64,000 nucleotides of DNA from an uncultured delta proteobacterium (GCA_963808235.1 CAWEEQ010000004.1:3488001-3552000); one strand, 5' to 3'. Shown: positions 40,093 through 50,922, counted from the stretch's first letter. The notes: generated by a model from the sequence alone, not told the origin. Numbers and translations are program-made.

Positions 40093-40286
40093 TGCAGGGG
40101 CCGCCCCTTGCACTCACGCCAAGGGACTTCTTCTTTTACTCCTCATTCACACTTCTAACAGGCGCCCTTCGACTTCGCTCAGGACAGGCTCCGCGCCGCA
40201 TCTTTCTTTTAACACTGCGTGCAGGGGTCACCCCTGCCCAGGGAAGTATGAAACCCACGGTGGGTTTCATTACAATTAACTTCCTG
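40093..40286. repeat. Cluster of palindromes / REP-like element
   Basis: TGCAGGGG-ccg-CCCCTTGCA (40093-40112), CCCTTCGACTTCGCTCAGGACAGGCT (40165-40190), GCAGGGG-tca-CCCCTGC (40221-40237), ATGAAACCCAC-g-GTGGGTTTCAT (40248-40270). Confidence 0.6.
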
Positions 40287-40347
40287 ATCGATCCGCCAAC
40301 CGCGCCTGCAAACTCCGGCTGGTCTGCGATCTAAGGGAGCACGCCAC

Positions 40348-41727
40348 ATGAGGTTCGGACTCTTCTATGAACATCAACTTCCCCGGCCCTGGACTGAGCA
40401 CAGCGAAGAGACGCTGATTCATCATGCGCTCGAGCAGATTGAGCTTGCCGATCGGCTCGGCTTCCACAGCGTCTGGGAAGTCGAGCATCACTTTCTCGAG
40501 GAGTATTCGCATTCGAGCGCGCCGGAAGTTTTTCTTGCGGCTGCCAGTCAACGCACCAAAAATATCCGGCTCGGACACGGCATCATTCTGACCGCGCCCG
40601 GATACAATCATCCGGCGCGCACTGCGGAGCGGGTCTCGATGCTCGATCTTGTCTCCCATGGCCGCGTCGAGTTCGGCTCGGGTGAATCGGGGTCGATGTC
40701 CGAGCTGGGCGGATTCAATCTTGCTCCGATGCTCAAGCGCGAGATGTGGCGCGAGGGCCTCGAAGTCGCGGTCCGATGCATGTCCGAGACGCCATTTGCC
40801 GGCGTCGAGGGCAAGTACGTCCGGATGGAACCGCGCAACGTGGTGCCCAAGCCGGTCCAGAAACCGCATCCGCCGCTGTGGGTTGCATGCTCTCGCCGCG
40901 AGACCATCACGCTCGCCGCGGAACTCGGAATCGGCGCGCTCACTTTCGCTTTCATCGATCCGGAAGAGGCGGTCCATTGGGTGACCGATTATCGCAAGAC
41001 GCTGGCCGAGCGATGCGTTCCGATTGGCGGCGCGATCAATCCCGAAGTCGCGTGCGTGACGCCCATGATGGTCCATCATGACGAGCGCGAGGCGATTCTG
41101 CGCGGTCTCGAAGGTGGAAATTTCTTCGGCTACTCGCTCGGCCACTTCTATATCTTCGGCGATCACAAGCCCGGACGCACCGACGTGTGGAGCGAATTTC
41201 AAAAGCGGCGCGCCGAGCGCGGCTTCTCACCGGACGTCGCGATCGCGATGCGCCAGCGGCGGCTCGCCGCGCGCCTCGACGACAGTGCAGGCAGCCAGCA
41301 GGGAATCCGCGGCGCGGTCGGCACCCCCGAGCAGTTGCGCGAGTATCTGCGCCGTTACGAAGAGGCCGGCGTCGACCAGATGATCTTCGTGATGCAGGCC
41401 GGGATGAACAAGCACGAGCACATCATGGAGGCGATCGAACTGTTCGCGCGCGATGTGCTGCCGGAGTTCGCCGAACGCGACGAAGAACTGCGCCGGATAA
41501 AGCGCGATTTGCTCGCACCCGCGATCGAAGCCGCGATGAAACGTGAAAAACGTAAACCCGAACGCGCGCCGCAGGTCCCCGACGACTACACGATTCCCGC
41601 GCTGGCGAAGCCGTTCGTCGAAGCGCATGGCGGCCACGAACTGGTCGAGAAGCTGGCCAACGATTCCGCGATCGGAATCCCGCGCCCGCGCGATTTGCAG
41701 GAGCAACTGATAGCGCGCCGGAAATGA
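40348..41727 (+). CDS. LLM class (luciferase-like) flavin-dependent oxidoreductase
   Basis: MRFGLFYE, WEVEHHF, RTKNIRLGHG, LDLVSHGRVEFG, PKPVQKPHPPLW. Confidence 0.92.
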   Translation: MRFGLFYEHQLPRPWTEHSEETLIHHALEQIELADRLGFHSVWEVEHHFLEEYSHSSAPEVFLAAASQRTKNIRLGHGIILTAPGYNHPARTAERVSMLDLVSHGRVEFGSGESGSMSELGGFNLAPMLKREMWREGLEVAVRCMSETPFAGVEGKYVRMEPRNVVPKPVQKPHPPLWVACSRRETITLAAELGIGALTFAFIDPEEAVHWVTDYRKTLAERCVPIGGAINPEVACVTPMMVHHDEREAILRGLEGGNFFGYSLGHFYIFGDHKPGRTDVWSEFQKRRAERGFSPDVAIAMRQRRLAARLDDSAGSQQGIRGAVGTPEQLREYLRRYEEAGVDQMIFVMQAGMNKHEHIMEAIELFARDVLPEFAERDEELRRIKRDLLAPAIEAAMKREKRKPERAPQVPDDYTIPALAKPFVEAHGGHELVEKLANDSAIGIPRPRDLQEQLIARRK

Positions 41728-42181
41728 AGCGAACGTTCTTCGGGATGCCGTCATGAGCTGCCGAAACGCCACCCGCGGCGCCTTGCCCGCAACTGATTCG
41801 GCGACTCGCCTATGCGCAAAATATTGTGGGTAATTCCATGCGTCGCTCTGAGCGTGGCACGCGGCGCGCCCGACGCTCATGCCCGAGGACAACCGTTGTC
41901 AGTTTGATAATGGTACTCTTATGTACTGAAGATGAACCACAGAAGAACCAGCCCAGCCATAGAGAGGAACTCCGTCAGCCCCGAACCGCGGAGACGAAAG
42001 AACTCTCGCCGACGCCCGTCGCCATTCTACGCGCCCGATGAAACGATCCGCCAACTGCCCGATACCGCGCCGGCCGGCAAGCTACGGCAAGGCCCCCAAA
42101 AAGTGAAAATTCTGGCTTTTTTACGAATATCAACTTCCCGCCCGCTAAAGCGAAATAAATCGAATTAGTTTTCGAATCTCC

Positions 42182-42667
42182 ATGAGCACCACGCATACCA
42201 TCGTCGTGAACGGCCAGCCGCATCAGGTGACGGTCGATCACTACGAAACCCCGCTTCTCTACGTGCTGCGCGACGACCTCGGTCTGAAGGGAGCGCGCTT
42301 CGGATGCGGCGTCGGAAGCTGCGGCTCGTGCACCGTGCTCGTCGACGGGCACGCCCAGCGCTCCTGCGAATTGCCGGTGTGGAGCGTCGAGGGCAAATCG
42401 ATCACGACCATCGAAGGCCTCGGCACCCTCGATCACCTTCATCCACTGCAGCGCGCCTTCATCGACTTCCAGGCCGGGCAGTGCGGCTACTGCCTGTCGG
42501 GAATCATCATGACGGCGGCAGAACTGATCGGCAGCGGCGTCGAGCCGTCGCGTGAGAAAATCGTCGCTGCGCTCGACGCCAACCTGTGCCGATGCGGCGC
42601 GCATGGGCGAATCATCAAGGCGATCGAGGCGGCGTGGAAATTGTCCATCAGTGGAGACTCGCGATGA
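42182..42667 (+). CDS. (2Fe-2S)-binding small subunit of a xanthine-dehydrogenase-family molybdoenzyme
   Basis: GCGVGSCGSCTV..RSC and QCGYC...NLCRC. Confidence 0.93.
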   Translation: MSTTHTIVVNGQPHQVTVDHYETPLLYVLRDDLGLKGARFGCGVGSCGSCTVLVDGHAQRSCELPVWSVEGKSITTIEGLGTLDHLHPLQRAFIDFQAGQCGYCLSGIIMTAAELIGSGVEPSREKIVAALDANLCRCGAHGRIIKAIEAAWKLSISGDSR

Positions 42668-44793
42668 CGCAGCCGAGGCTCCCGTGGAGCATCGCGGAGA
42701 ATCCGCTTCTTTCCCAGTGGGTTGATTTCGGCGCAGCGGGCATCGCGCGCGTGTTTTCATCCAAGGTCGAGATCGGACAGGGAATCGTCACCGCCGTCGC
42801 GCAAATCGCCGCCGCCGAGCTCAAGCTCCCGATGTCGAAGGTGGTCGTCGTGTCGGGCGATACCCGATTCTGCCCGAATGAAAGCTACACCGCCGGCAGC
42901 ATGTCGATCGAAATCGGCGGCACTTCCGTCAGGATGGCGTGTGCCGACGCACTCCGCGCGATCGTCGAGCGCGCCGCGCGCATGCTCGATGCGGACGAGT
43001 CGCGCGTCACCGCCGACGGCGGGCGCATTCTACTCGATGGGACGCCGTCGGGACTCGACTACTGGAGTGTCGCGCGCGAAGTTGACTGGAAGCGCGCGAT
43101 CACGGGAACGGCGCCGTTCAGTTCGGCCGAGAGCTCGACCTCGATCGGCAAGAACGTTGCGCGTCTCGATCTTCCGGCGAAGGTCGCGGGCAGCGCTTTC
43201 ATCCACGACTTCGAATTGCCGGGAATGATTCATGGACGCGTGATGCGGCCGCCTTCCTACGGCGCGCGGCTCGAATCGCTCGATGAGTCTGCGGCGGCGC
43301 GGCTTCCCGGAGTGGTCAAGATTTGGCGCAGCGGCGACTTCGTCGGCGTCTGTTGCGAGCGTGAGTACCAAGCGGTCAAGGCGATCGAAGCGATCCGCGC
43401 GGCTGCACGCTGGATCGAGAGCGAAGTATCCGCCGACACTCGAAGCTGGCGCGAATTGCTCCCCACCCTTCGCTCGATCGATTCGCGAGACTGAGGCGGG
43501 CGAGCGTCCGGTCCCGGCGCAACGTGCGGCGCGTGTCGGCGACTTATTCGCGGCCTCCGATCGCGCACGCCTCGATGGCGCCTTCATGCGCAGTCGCACT
43601 CTATGACGATGGACAGTTGACGGTCTGGACGCACTCGCAAGGCGTCTTCCCGCTTCGCGGTGCGCTCGCGTCCGCGCTTGGTCTCGACGAATCACGCGTC
43701 GCCGTGATTCATGTGCAAGGCGCTGGAGTATACGGGCACAACGGTGCCGACGACGCCGCGCTCGACGCGGCCCTGCTCGCGCGCCAGGTTCCGTCGCGCC
43801 CGGTGCGCATCCAGTGGAGCCGCGAGGATGAACTCGCATGGTCGCCGCTGGGCTCGCCGATGGTCGTCAAGATCGAAAGCGCGCTAAGCCCGGCCGGCGA
43901 CATCGTCGATTGGACGAGCGAGATCTGGAGCGGACCGCACGGCCAGCGGCCTCGCGCGCACGGACCAGTCAACCTTCTGGCCGCAGGTCACGTCGATCCG
44001 CCGATCACCTCTCCCGAGGCGTACGAAGTTATGTCGGGATTCGCCGGCGGTGCTCGAAATTCCGAACCGGCATACGATCTGCCCCATCGAAAGATCGTGT
44101 TGCACAGTCTGCCCGGGTTTGCCGTTTCGAACTTCCGCGCTGCGCACCCTTGGCGGTTACGCGAACGTGTTCGCAACCGAATCGTTCATGGACGAACTGG
44201 CCGACGCCGCGCGCGTCGATCCCGTCGAGTTCAGGCTGCGCTACTTGTCGGACGCGCGCGCGCGACGGGTGATCGAGACAGCCGCGCGTCGAGCGAACTG
44301 GCAGTTCAATGCGGAACGCGGCACCGGCCGCGCGGCGGGAATCGGCTTCGCTCGATACAAGAACACCGCGGCATACGTGGCGGTCGTTGCTGACGTTGAT
44401 GTTAGTGAAGCGGTACGGGTCTCCAGGGTCGTCGCTGCGGTCGATGCGGGACTGGTGATCAATCCCGACGGGGTGATCAATCAAATTGAAGGCGGCATCG
44501 TGCAATCGATCAGCTGGACGCTCAAGGAGCAAGTCGTCTTCGACGGCCACCGCGTTACCACGCGGACCTGGGAAACGTATCCCATTCTGCGCTTCGATGA
44601 GGCGCCTCTGCTCGAGGTCGAGCTGATCGAGCGGCCGGATTCTCCGCCGCTTGGAGTGGGAGAGGCGGCGCATGGTCCTGCGGCCGCCGCAGTCGCGAAT
44701 GCGGTGGCGCGGGCGCTCGACTTGCGCGTCCGGGATTTGCCGATCACGCGCGAGCGTGTCGTCGCGGCCAGCGTCGCTACGCCTCGCCAATAG
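42664..44793 (+). CDS. Molybdopterin-binding large subunit (NicB/IorB-like), at least two frameshifts (about 43486-43520 and 44118-44120)
   Basis: KVEIGQG, TAGSMS, AHASMAPSCA, GAGVYG, LRTLG..NVFA.ESFMDELA, NQIEGG, GVGEA; these motifs are spread over different frames. Confidence 0.85.
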
Positions 44794-44835
44794 TTTGCGG
44801 CGCGGAAAATTATTTCAAGGAGGTCACAATCGCCA

Positions 44836-45795
44836 ATGACCAAGCATCCGATTCGATTTGGGTTCCAGTCCGGACAACAGAACGTCACGTGGGAGCGGAT
44901 GCGCGACGTGTGGGGGAAGTTCGACGCCTGGGGCTACGACTCGCTGTGGGCGTTCGATCACTTCTATCCGATCTTCACGCCCGATCCGGCCGGCCCCTGC
45001 ATGGAGAACTGGACGCTGCTGTCGGCGCTCAGTCAGCGTACCAAGCGCGCTCGCATCGGCGCGCTCGTCAACAGCAACACCTATCGAAATCCGTGCCTCA
45101 CAGCGAAGATGGCGGCGACGCTCGATCACGTGAGCGGGGGCAGGCTCAATCTTGGCCTGGGTGCCGGATGGTACGAGCTCGAGCATCGGAGCTTCGGCTT
45201 CGACTTCAAGACCGTGCGCGGGCGTCTCGAAGCGCTCGACGAGTCATGCGACATCATCAAGCGGATGTTCACCGAGGACAAAACCACCGTCGAGGGCAGG
45301 CACTACCACGTGGTCGACGCGGTTTGTAATCCCAAGCCGCTCCAGAAACCGCGCATCCCGATGATGATTGGCGGGCGCGGAGAAAAATCACTTTTGAAGA
45401 TCGTCGCGAAGCATGCCGATATGTGGAATACGATGCATGCGAATCCGGCCGAGATGAAACGCCTGATCGATGTCATCGAGCGGCACGGAGACACCGTCGG
45501 GCGCGACACCGACGAAATAGAAAAGACGATCATGATGCCGCTCTGCTACAAGGCGTCCAAAGATCGCGAGGAGATGATCTCCGCAACCGTTGCGGGGATG
45601 GCGCGAATCACTCCTGCAGAGGCGCGCGATCGAATCATGATTGGGAGCAAAGACGAGTGCCTCGATAAGATCGCGCAGTACACAAAAGTCGGCGTCACAC
45701 ACTTCATCTTCAACTTGCGCTGGCCAATTCTCGTCGAGGAAGAATTTCAGGCATTCGCCGAAGAAGTGATTCCGTCGGTCCGTCGCGGTGGATGA
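44836..45795 (+). CDS. LLM class oxidoreductase, probable F420-dependent (TIGR03560-like)
   Basis: WAFDHF, YRNPCLTAKMAATLDHVSGGRL.LGLGAGW, PKPLQKP, GGRGEK. Confidence 0.85.
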   Translation: MTKHPIRFGFQSGQQNVTWERMRDVWGKFDAWGYDSLWAFDHFYPIFTPDPAGPCMENWTLLSALSQRTKRARIGALVNSNTYRNPCLTAKMAATLDHVSGGRLNLGLGAGWYELEHRSFGFDFKTVRGRLEALDESCDIIKRMFTEDKTTVEGRHYHVVDAVCNPKPLQKPRIPMMIGGRGEKSLLKIVAKHADMWNTMHANPAEMKRLIDVIERHGDTVGRDTDEIEKTIMMPLCYKASKDREEMISATVAGMARITPAEARDRIMIGSKDECLDKIAQYTKVGVTHFIFNLRWPILVEEEFQAFAEEVIPSVRRGG

Positions 45796-45811
45796 CTCTA
45801 CCAGCCCTTAA

Positions 45812-47155
45812 CTAGGGCGAAGACGTGTCTTGAGCTTCGATTGGGGAGCCGTCGATTCGACTTTGCTTCCAAACCTCGGGAAGGAATTCATGATAACGAA
45901 TGGCGCCATCGCCAATCATGACGAAGACCGCCGGACCGCGCTGATCAAGCTTGTGTGCGGTGGTAGTGGGCAGGCTTTTGTCGAGAATTCCCGAATAGAG
46001 CTGATCGAAGTTGTCGGCGGAACCTGCGTCCCGAAACGTGAGCATCCATAGCACGGTCAGCGATTTTCCCTTTTGTAACGCGACGATCCGATCGCCCGCC
46101 CACTTAGTCGCGGCCTGCAGGTAAGGTGTCTGCTCGCCCATCGTGCGCTCGAGCATTATCTTGAGCATCAACTCACCTAGCGAGTCCTCGTCGACCTTCT
46201 TCCAATCGTGCAGTACCTTCTCGTAACCGGCGAGCTTGACGGTTTTGGCGAACGTCGGATGGTCGAAGTAAAGCTCGGGATGCATAATCTGTTGCGTCGA
46301 TAGCGGCGGCCCATTGAAGAGGGCATTCACACCGTCCCACTTTTTGCGATGGTAAGCCTCGGCGACAAAGCGAGCGCCTTCTGTGTACTGAAAGAGGACC
46401 GGATACGTGATCGCGCGCGGCTTACCTTCCTCTTGTCCCATGAAGATAGGAACGATGTCCTGTAGATTACGGTCGAAGTAGTCGATCGTCCGGTCATCCA
46501 CGCGCCCAGTCACGACTGAAAATCCGGACAGGGTAGCATCGCCTTCGACGATTGCCTTGAAGGCGAGTTCGCGGTCGGTATTTCCCTTGTACTTCTTTTG
46601 CGTGGCGCCGATGTCAAAGTGCTGGTCCTGAAGTGCGTGGGTCAGCTCGTGCCCCATCACGCCAGCGGTTTGGAGTTTCTTGAACACTGTCACAGCATTT
46701 CGATATCGCGCCGGCAAAGCGATCGCGACAGGACGATCGACAATGACGATGTCCTTATGACGAGGATCGTAGAAGCCTGCCAGCTCAAGGCTGATGTCGG
46801 CGAGGTTGTTGCGTTCGATTTTCAGATCGGGCGGATAGAGAGCGATCATCTTGCCCTCCGCCAGCCCGATATCGATATCTTCCTGGCTAGTCTGCTGCGC
46901 GAACTCGGTTCGGAATCTGGATTCGGTCTCGGCGACGCTGAGATACGACACCGAAGTATCGCCCTTCAGCTTGAGCCCGCGTATCTTCTGAACGCGAGCC
47001 TTGACCTCTGCGGCCTCGTTGCCGCTAAGAGCGTCTTCCTGCGCGACACCCAGTTTGCAGAAAAGTGCAGCGACAACGCATGCGGATACGATTATCGCGA
47101 TAAACAGTCTAGCGCGGGTTCCCCCCAAAATACGTCCCTTCCTACTCGGTCGCAC
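45812..47155 (-). CDS. Exported putative zinc metallopeptidase (HExxH)
   Basis: N-terminal hydrophobic helix, AGFYDP, GHELTHALQDQHF, EGDA, FQYTEG, PPLSTQQIMHP; start uncertain. Confidence 0.72.
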   Translation of the reverse strand: MRPSRKGRILGGTRARLFIAIIVSACVVAALFCKLGVAQEDALSGNEAAEVKARVQKIRGLKLKGDTSVSYLSVAETESRFRTEFAQQTSQEDIDIGLAEGKMIALYPPDLKIERNNLADISLELAGFYDPRHKDIVIVDRPVAIALPARYRNAVTVFKKLQTAGVMGHELTHALQDQHFDIGATQKKYKGNTDRELAFKAIVEGDATLSGFSVVTGRVDDRTIDYFDRNLQDIVPIFMGQEEGKPRAITYPVLFQYTEGARFVAEAYHRKKWDGVNALFNGPPLSTQQIMHPELYFDHPTFAKTVKLAGYEKVLHDWKKVDEDSLGELMLKIMLERTMGEQTPYLQAATKWAGDRIVALQKGKSLTVLWMLTFRDAGSADNFDQLYSGILDKSLPTTTAHKLDQRGPAVFVMIGDGAIRYHEFLPEVWKQSRIDGSPIEAQDTSSP

Positions 47156-47232
47156 CTCATTAGCGGGGTTTCCAACGGAAGGCAACCGGCGATGATTCAG
47201 TAACTGACGCCGGCAAGTGCTAATCTCGCGGC

Positions 47233-48108
47233 GTGAGATTGCATCTCGTCGATGGTACCTACGAGCTCTATCGGGCGCACTATGCGCCGCGTCCCGGTCA
47301 CTACGCACCTAACGGAGCTGATGCTAAAGCTACCGTCGGCATCGTGGAGTCGCTATTGGCCTTGCTACACGATCCTGCGGAAGCGGTCACTCATATTGCG
47401 GTCGTATTCGATAATCCGATCCACTCGTTTCGCAACGATCTCTTCCTCCAATACAAAAGTGACGAAGGTGTTCCTCCTGAATTGCGCTCCCAGTTCGATG
47501 CTGCCGAAGACGCTGTTCGCTCGATCGGCATGAAGGTCTGGTCGATGCGCGCGTACGAGGCGGACGACGGTCTCGCCAGCGGCGCGCGCCGATTTCGCGA
47601 CCAGGTCGAGCAAGTGCGAATTCTCACGCCGGACAAGGACCTCGGTCAGTGTTTGCAGGGCGAGCGAGTAGTGCAGGTCGACCGACGCCAAAAGAAGGTG
47701 GTGAGTGAGGCGGTGTTTCGCATCGAGCGCGGCTTCGCACCGGATAGCATGCCAGACTACCTGGCGCTGACGGGCGATGCGGCTGACGGATTTCCCGGGC
47801 TGCCGGGCTTTGGCAAGAAGAGCGCATCGATCCTGATCGGCGCCTATGAGCGGCTCGAGCGGATTCCTGATGATCCGTCGGATTGGAGGGTCAAGCCACG
47901 CGGCGCAATCCAGCTAGCGGCCACACTGAAGGAGCATCGCAACGACGCGCTTCTTTACCGACGGTTGGCGACCTTGGTCGACACTGTTCCACTCGACGAC
48001 TCACTAGAGGATCTGGAATTTCGCGGAGTACCTCGAGCTCGATTCGAGCAGTGGTGCGACGAGCTAGGTGTGAGCAGGCTGAAGACAGTGCCTCGAAGAT
48101 GGCAATGA
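47233..48108 (+). CDS. Stand-alone 5'-3' exonuclease / flap endonuclease
   Basis: LHLVDG, VVFD, YK, YEADD, DKDL, LTGD.AD..PG..G.GKKSA (H3TH). Confidence 0.9.
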   Translation: MRLHLVDGTYELYRAHYAPRPGHYAPNGADAKATVGIVESLLALLHDPAEAVTHIAVVFDNPIHSFRNDLFLQYKSDEGVPPELRSQFDAAEDAVRSIGMKVWSMRAYEADDGLASGARRFRDQVEQVRILTPDKDLGQCLQGERVVQVDRRQKKVVSEAVFRIERGFAPDSMPDYLALTGDAADGFPGLPGFGKKSASILIGAYERLERIPDDPSDWRVKPRGAIQLAATLKEHRNDALLYRRLATLVDTVPLDDSLEDLEFRGVPRARFEQWCDELGVSRLKTVPRRWQ

Positions 48109-48118
48109 TAGTCTCCAC

Positions 48119-49106
48119 CTAAACGGATCGCAGGAGCGCTTGAGCATTGCGTTCGAGGATTTTCGCTTCGTCGTCGCCGCTCAGTTTGAGGGCTCTGACT
48201 TCCTCCACAGGATGAGCGAGACCGGCCGGCAGCGGATAGTCACTGCCCAGCACAAATCTATCTGCCCCGTAAGTCTTTACCAGGTGGCCAAGCATTTCGC
48301 GGTTGTGCGCGATGACATCGAAGTAGAACTGCGACAAGTAAGTCGACGGCGGACGCGGAATCGCGTTGCGGCATTCGGGAACGAGCCGGTATCCCATATC
48401 GAGTCGCCCCACCAATGCGGGCAACGCTCCGCCCGCATGATAGAGAACGACGCGTAGATTAGGATGGCGTTCGAGCACTCCGCCATAAATCAACAGCGCG
48501 GCAGCGAGTCCGGTGTCGTAAAGATTGCCGACCAGGTTGCCGAGGAAATATCTGGAAAGCGCTCCAGTCGGCGCTGCTTCAAACGGATGGATACAAACCG
48601 ACCATCCCCAGCGCCTCCGCAGCTTCCCAGAAGATCTCGAAATCTGACTCATCAAGCTGACGCTCAAGGACTTTCGGCGGAATCTCGACTCCACGAAGTC
48701 CCAGCTTCGCGGCGCGCTCCAGCTCCTTGGACGCTGCGCCCGGATCCTGAATCGGCACCGATGCCAACGGTACGAAATGAGCGGGATCGCTGGCTCCCAG
48801 AGCCTCCATCGCATCATTGTTGACTTGCGCGATCGCTAGCCCAAGGCTGGCATCGACATCCGGGTACATCAAAAACGGAACACAAGATACGGCCTGCGTC
48901 GCGATGCCCTCGCGGTCCATGTCCGCGATCCGTGCGCGCGCATTCGAGATAGGTCCGTCGATCGGACGCATCGCCTTTTCCTGGATCATGAAGAAGCGGC
49001 GGCCGTCGCGCTCGACGACCCTGGTTGCGAAGTGCTTGCCTTCGCGGATCAGAAAATCGATCACCTCAGGCGCGACGAAGTGATTGTGCATGTCGATGAC
49101 GTTCAT
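48119..49106 (-). CDS. Amidohydrolase_2 family (ACMSD-like decarboxylase), frameshift near 48598
   Basis: IDMHNHF, QVNND, FWEAAEALG then (shifted) VCIHPF, HAGG, LGSDYP. Confidence 0.82.
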
Positions 49107-49132
49107 GCGCCCTACCACCGTAACTTTTCGTG

Positions 49133-49624
49133 TTACAGGATGAAACTGATTTTCCCGTGCGGACGAAGGGCCTCGTTATCAAGGATGGCTCTTCGCTGCC
49201 GAATTTTCAGATTGCTCCCCATACGCGCAAGCTTGTAGTCATAGCGGCCGATATACGTATCCACCGACTCGTAGCGCATCCGATAGACGGCAAAGTTCGC
49301 GGTCGCGAAAATGTCTTCGCCCTCAGCCGCAATCACGCGCACGTTGGATATCATACGCCGGGTGCGCGACCGTGGATTTTCCGACCACGCCGACTTGCCT
49401 AGTAGCTGCTTGACGCGAGATCGAATTCGCACCGCATCGTCGGCTATAATGAACAGCGTGTTCCGTGAGTCACCCTCGGGAACGTCGGTCGGTGGGATTT
49501 CGTAAGTCGCGTCTTCGGTAAGAAGCTCGAGCCATTCGTCGAGCCGCCACTCGTCTAGAAGCGCGGCCTCCTTGTATAATAGGTCTTCTACTTCATCGCG
49601 ACTGGGCAGGTCGGTGTTACTCAC
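49133..49624 (-). CDS. Aromatic ring-hydroxylating dioxygenase beta subunit
   Basis: VEDLLYKEAALLDEWRLDEWL, SENPRSRTRR.ISNV; GTGA overlap with the alpha subunit. Confidence 0.92.
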   Translation of the reverse strand: MSNTDLPSRDEVEDLLYKEAALLDEWRLDEWLELLTEDATYEIPPTDVPEGDSRNTLFIIADDAVRIRSRVKQLLGKSAWSENPRSRTRRMISNVRVIAAEGEDIFATANFAVYRMRYESVDTYIGRYDYKLARMGSNLKIRQRRAILDNEALRPHGKISFIL

Positions 49625-50913
49625 GCCGCTTTCCTCGCGCGCCTTACTTGAGGCTCCGTCATGAGCTGATTCCACCTACGCCAGAAAGCGCGCATCTGCA
49701 GTTCGTCGGTGATCGACGGATGCTCGCGCTTCATGCCGCGCGAAATGTCGGACCATCCGACCTCACGATTGGCAAAGCCGCGCTGACATGATTCGAGCAT
49801 CTCGACGTCGTCCGGCGTCGCGAATCCTCCGGGGCCGAGGAAGGTCAGGAAGTTGTCCAGGCGCAGTGCGGAATCTTCGGCGCTCTCTTCGGCCGGCGCC
49901 AACGCCCACGCGTTCACCTCCATGTAGTCGGGTGACACCGGATAGAAAGTGCGCACCGTGATCGCCATAATGTCATTGATTACGAGATTAGGAAAAATTC
50001 CGAGATTGCGGCTGGTCTCACAGATGCGACGCGCCCTCTCGGGACCGAAGCGATCGTCGAATCGGCGCCGCAACTGTTCGAAGTGCGTTTTGCGATGCTC
50101 TCCGAACGGCGCTACCCAGTGCGCGATCGGGCGTCCCCACGCGCTCTGATATTCCACCACCGCGTGACCGTTGCCGAGATCGACCGCCTGCTGACTCTTC
50201 GGCGAGGACAGATTCATGTTTTTCAAATCGACGCCGATGTCTCCGAGAAAACTGAAGTAGCGCTGATGCGTCGGCAGGCCGTGATAGCCGTCGTAACTAT
50301 TCTCTACCAGCAGCTTCCAGTTGGCGCGCGCGCTGTATGACTGCTGACCCGCTACGATCTTCATTCCTAATTCGGACTGATCGACTACCAGGTCGAGATA
50401 CTCTCTTGCCCCGGCCAGGTAGTCATAGAGGCTTTGCGCAGCAAGGTCGAAGCAGGCGAATATGAATCCGCGGTAACTATCCACCTGAGGCGGGGTAGCT
50501 AGCCCCATTTCATCGCGCTTAAACGCGTCGCTATAGGAGTCCTCACCTGGCACTCCAACCAGTTGGCCTCGCGAGTTGTAAGTCCATGCATGGTAAGGAC
50601 ATTGAAATGTCCGCGCGTTGCCGGACTTCTGCCGGCAGACCAGCGACCCACGATGCGTGCAAGTGTTAAGGAGGACGCGCACCACGCTGTCATCGCCGCG
50701 AACCAGGATGAGCGGGTGGCCTGTTACAGTCCTGGAGCGATAGTCACCCGCGTGCGGAACCTCCGACTCATGACCTACATATATCCAGCACTTATCGAAG
50801 ACCCGCCGCCGCTCCTGCGCGAGGCATTCGGGATCGGTGAAGGCCCGTCGATTCACGCGAAACAGTCCCGCGTCCTCATCATCGATGATAAAGCTCTCGG
50901 TAGATTTATCCAT
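49621..50913 (-). CDS. Rieske aromatic ring-hydroxylating dioxygenase alpha subunit (p-cumate/benzoate-like group)
   Basis: Rieske CTHRG...CPYHAW, NWKL..ENSYDGYH...TH, ATPDDVE. Confidence 0.93.
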   Translation of the reverse strand: MDKSTESFIIDDEDAGLFRVNRRAFTDPECLAQERRRVFDKCWIYVGHESEVPHAGDYRSRTVTGHPLILVRGDDSVVRVLLNTCTHRGSLVCRQKSGNARTFQCPYHAWTYNSRGQLVGVPGEDSYSDAFKRDEMGLATPPQVDSYRGFIFACFDLAAQSLYDYLAGAREYLDLVVDQSELGMKIVAGQQSYSARANWKLLVENSYDGYHGLPTHQRYFSFLGDIGVDLKNMNLSSPKSQQAVDLGNGHAVVEYQSAWGRPIAHWVAPFGEHRKTHFEQLRRRFDDRFGPERARRICETSRNLGIFPNLVINDIMAITVRTFYPVSPDYMEVNAWALAPAEESAEDSALRLDNFLTFLGPGGFATPDDVEMLESCQRGFANREVGWSDISRGMKREHPSITDELQMRAFWRRWNQLMTEPQVRRARKAA

Positions 50914-50922
50914 ATTGCCTCT

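Noticed and set aside
40020-40347. CRISPR array or tRNA/attachment site
   Set aside because: The hairpins are not regularly spaced identical repeats, there is no tRNA cloverleaf motif, and no cas or integrase genes are present.
41826-42168. Short ORFs (71 and 78 aa) and a TGGCAC sigma-54-like box in the LLM-FeS spacer
   Set aside because: No recognisable motifs or clear RBS; the box lacks the TTGC -12 element.
43486-44120. Programmed frameshifting or TGA (selenocysteine) read-through in the Mo subunit
   Set aside because: The downstream homology is in other frames, so read-through would not restore it. No slippery heptamer is evident, and similar indels occur in many unrelated genes.
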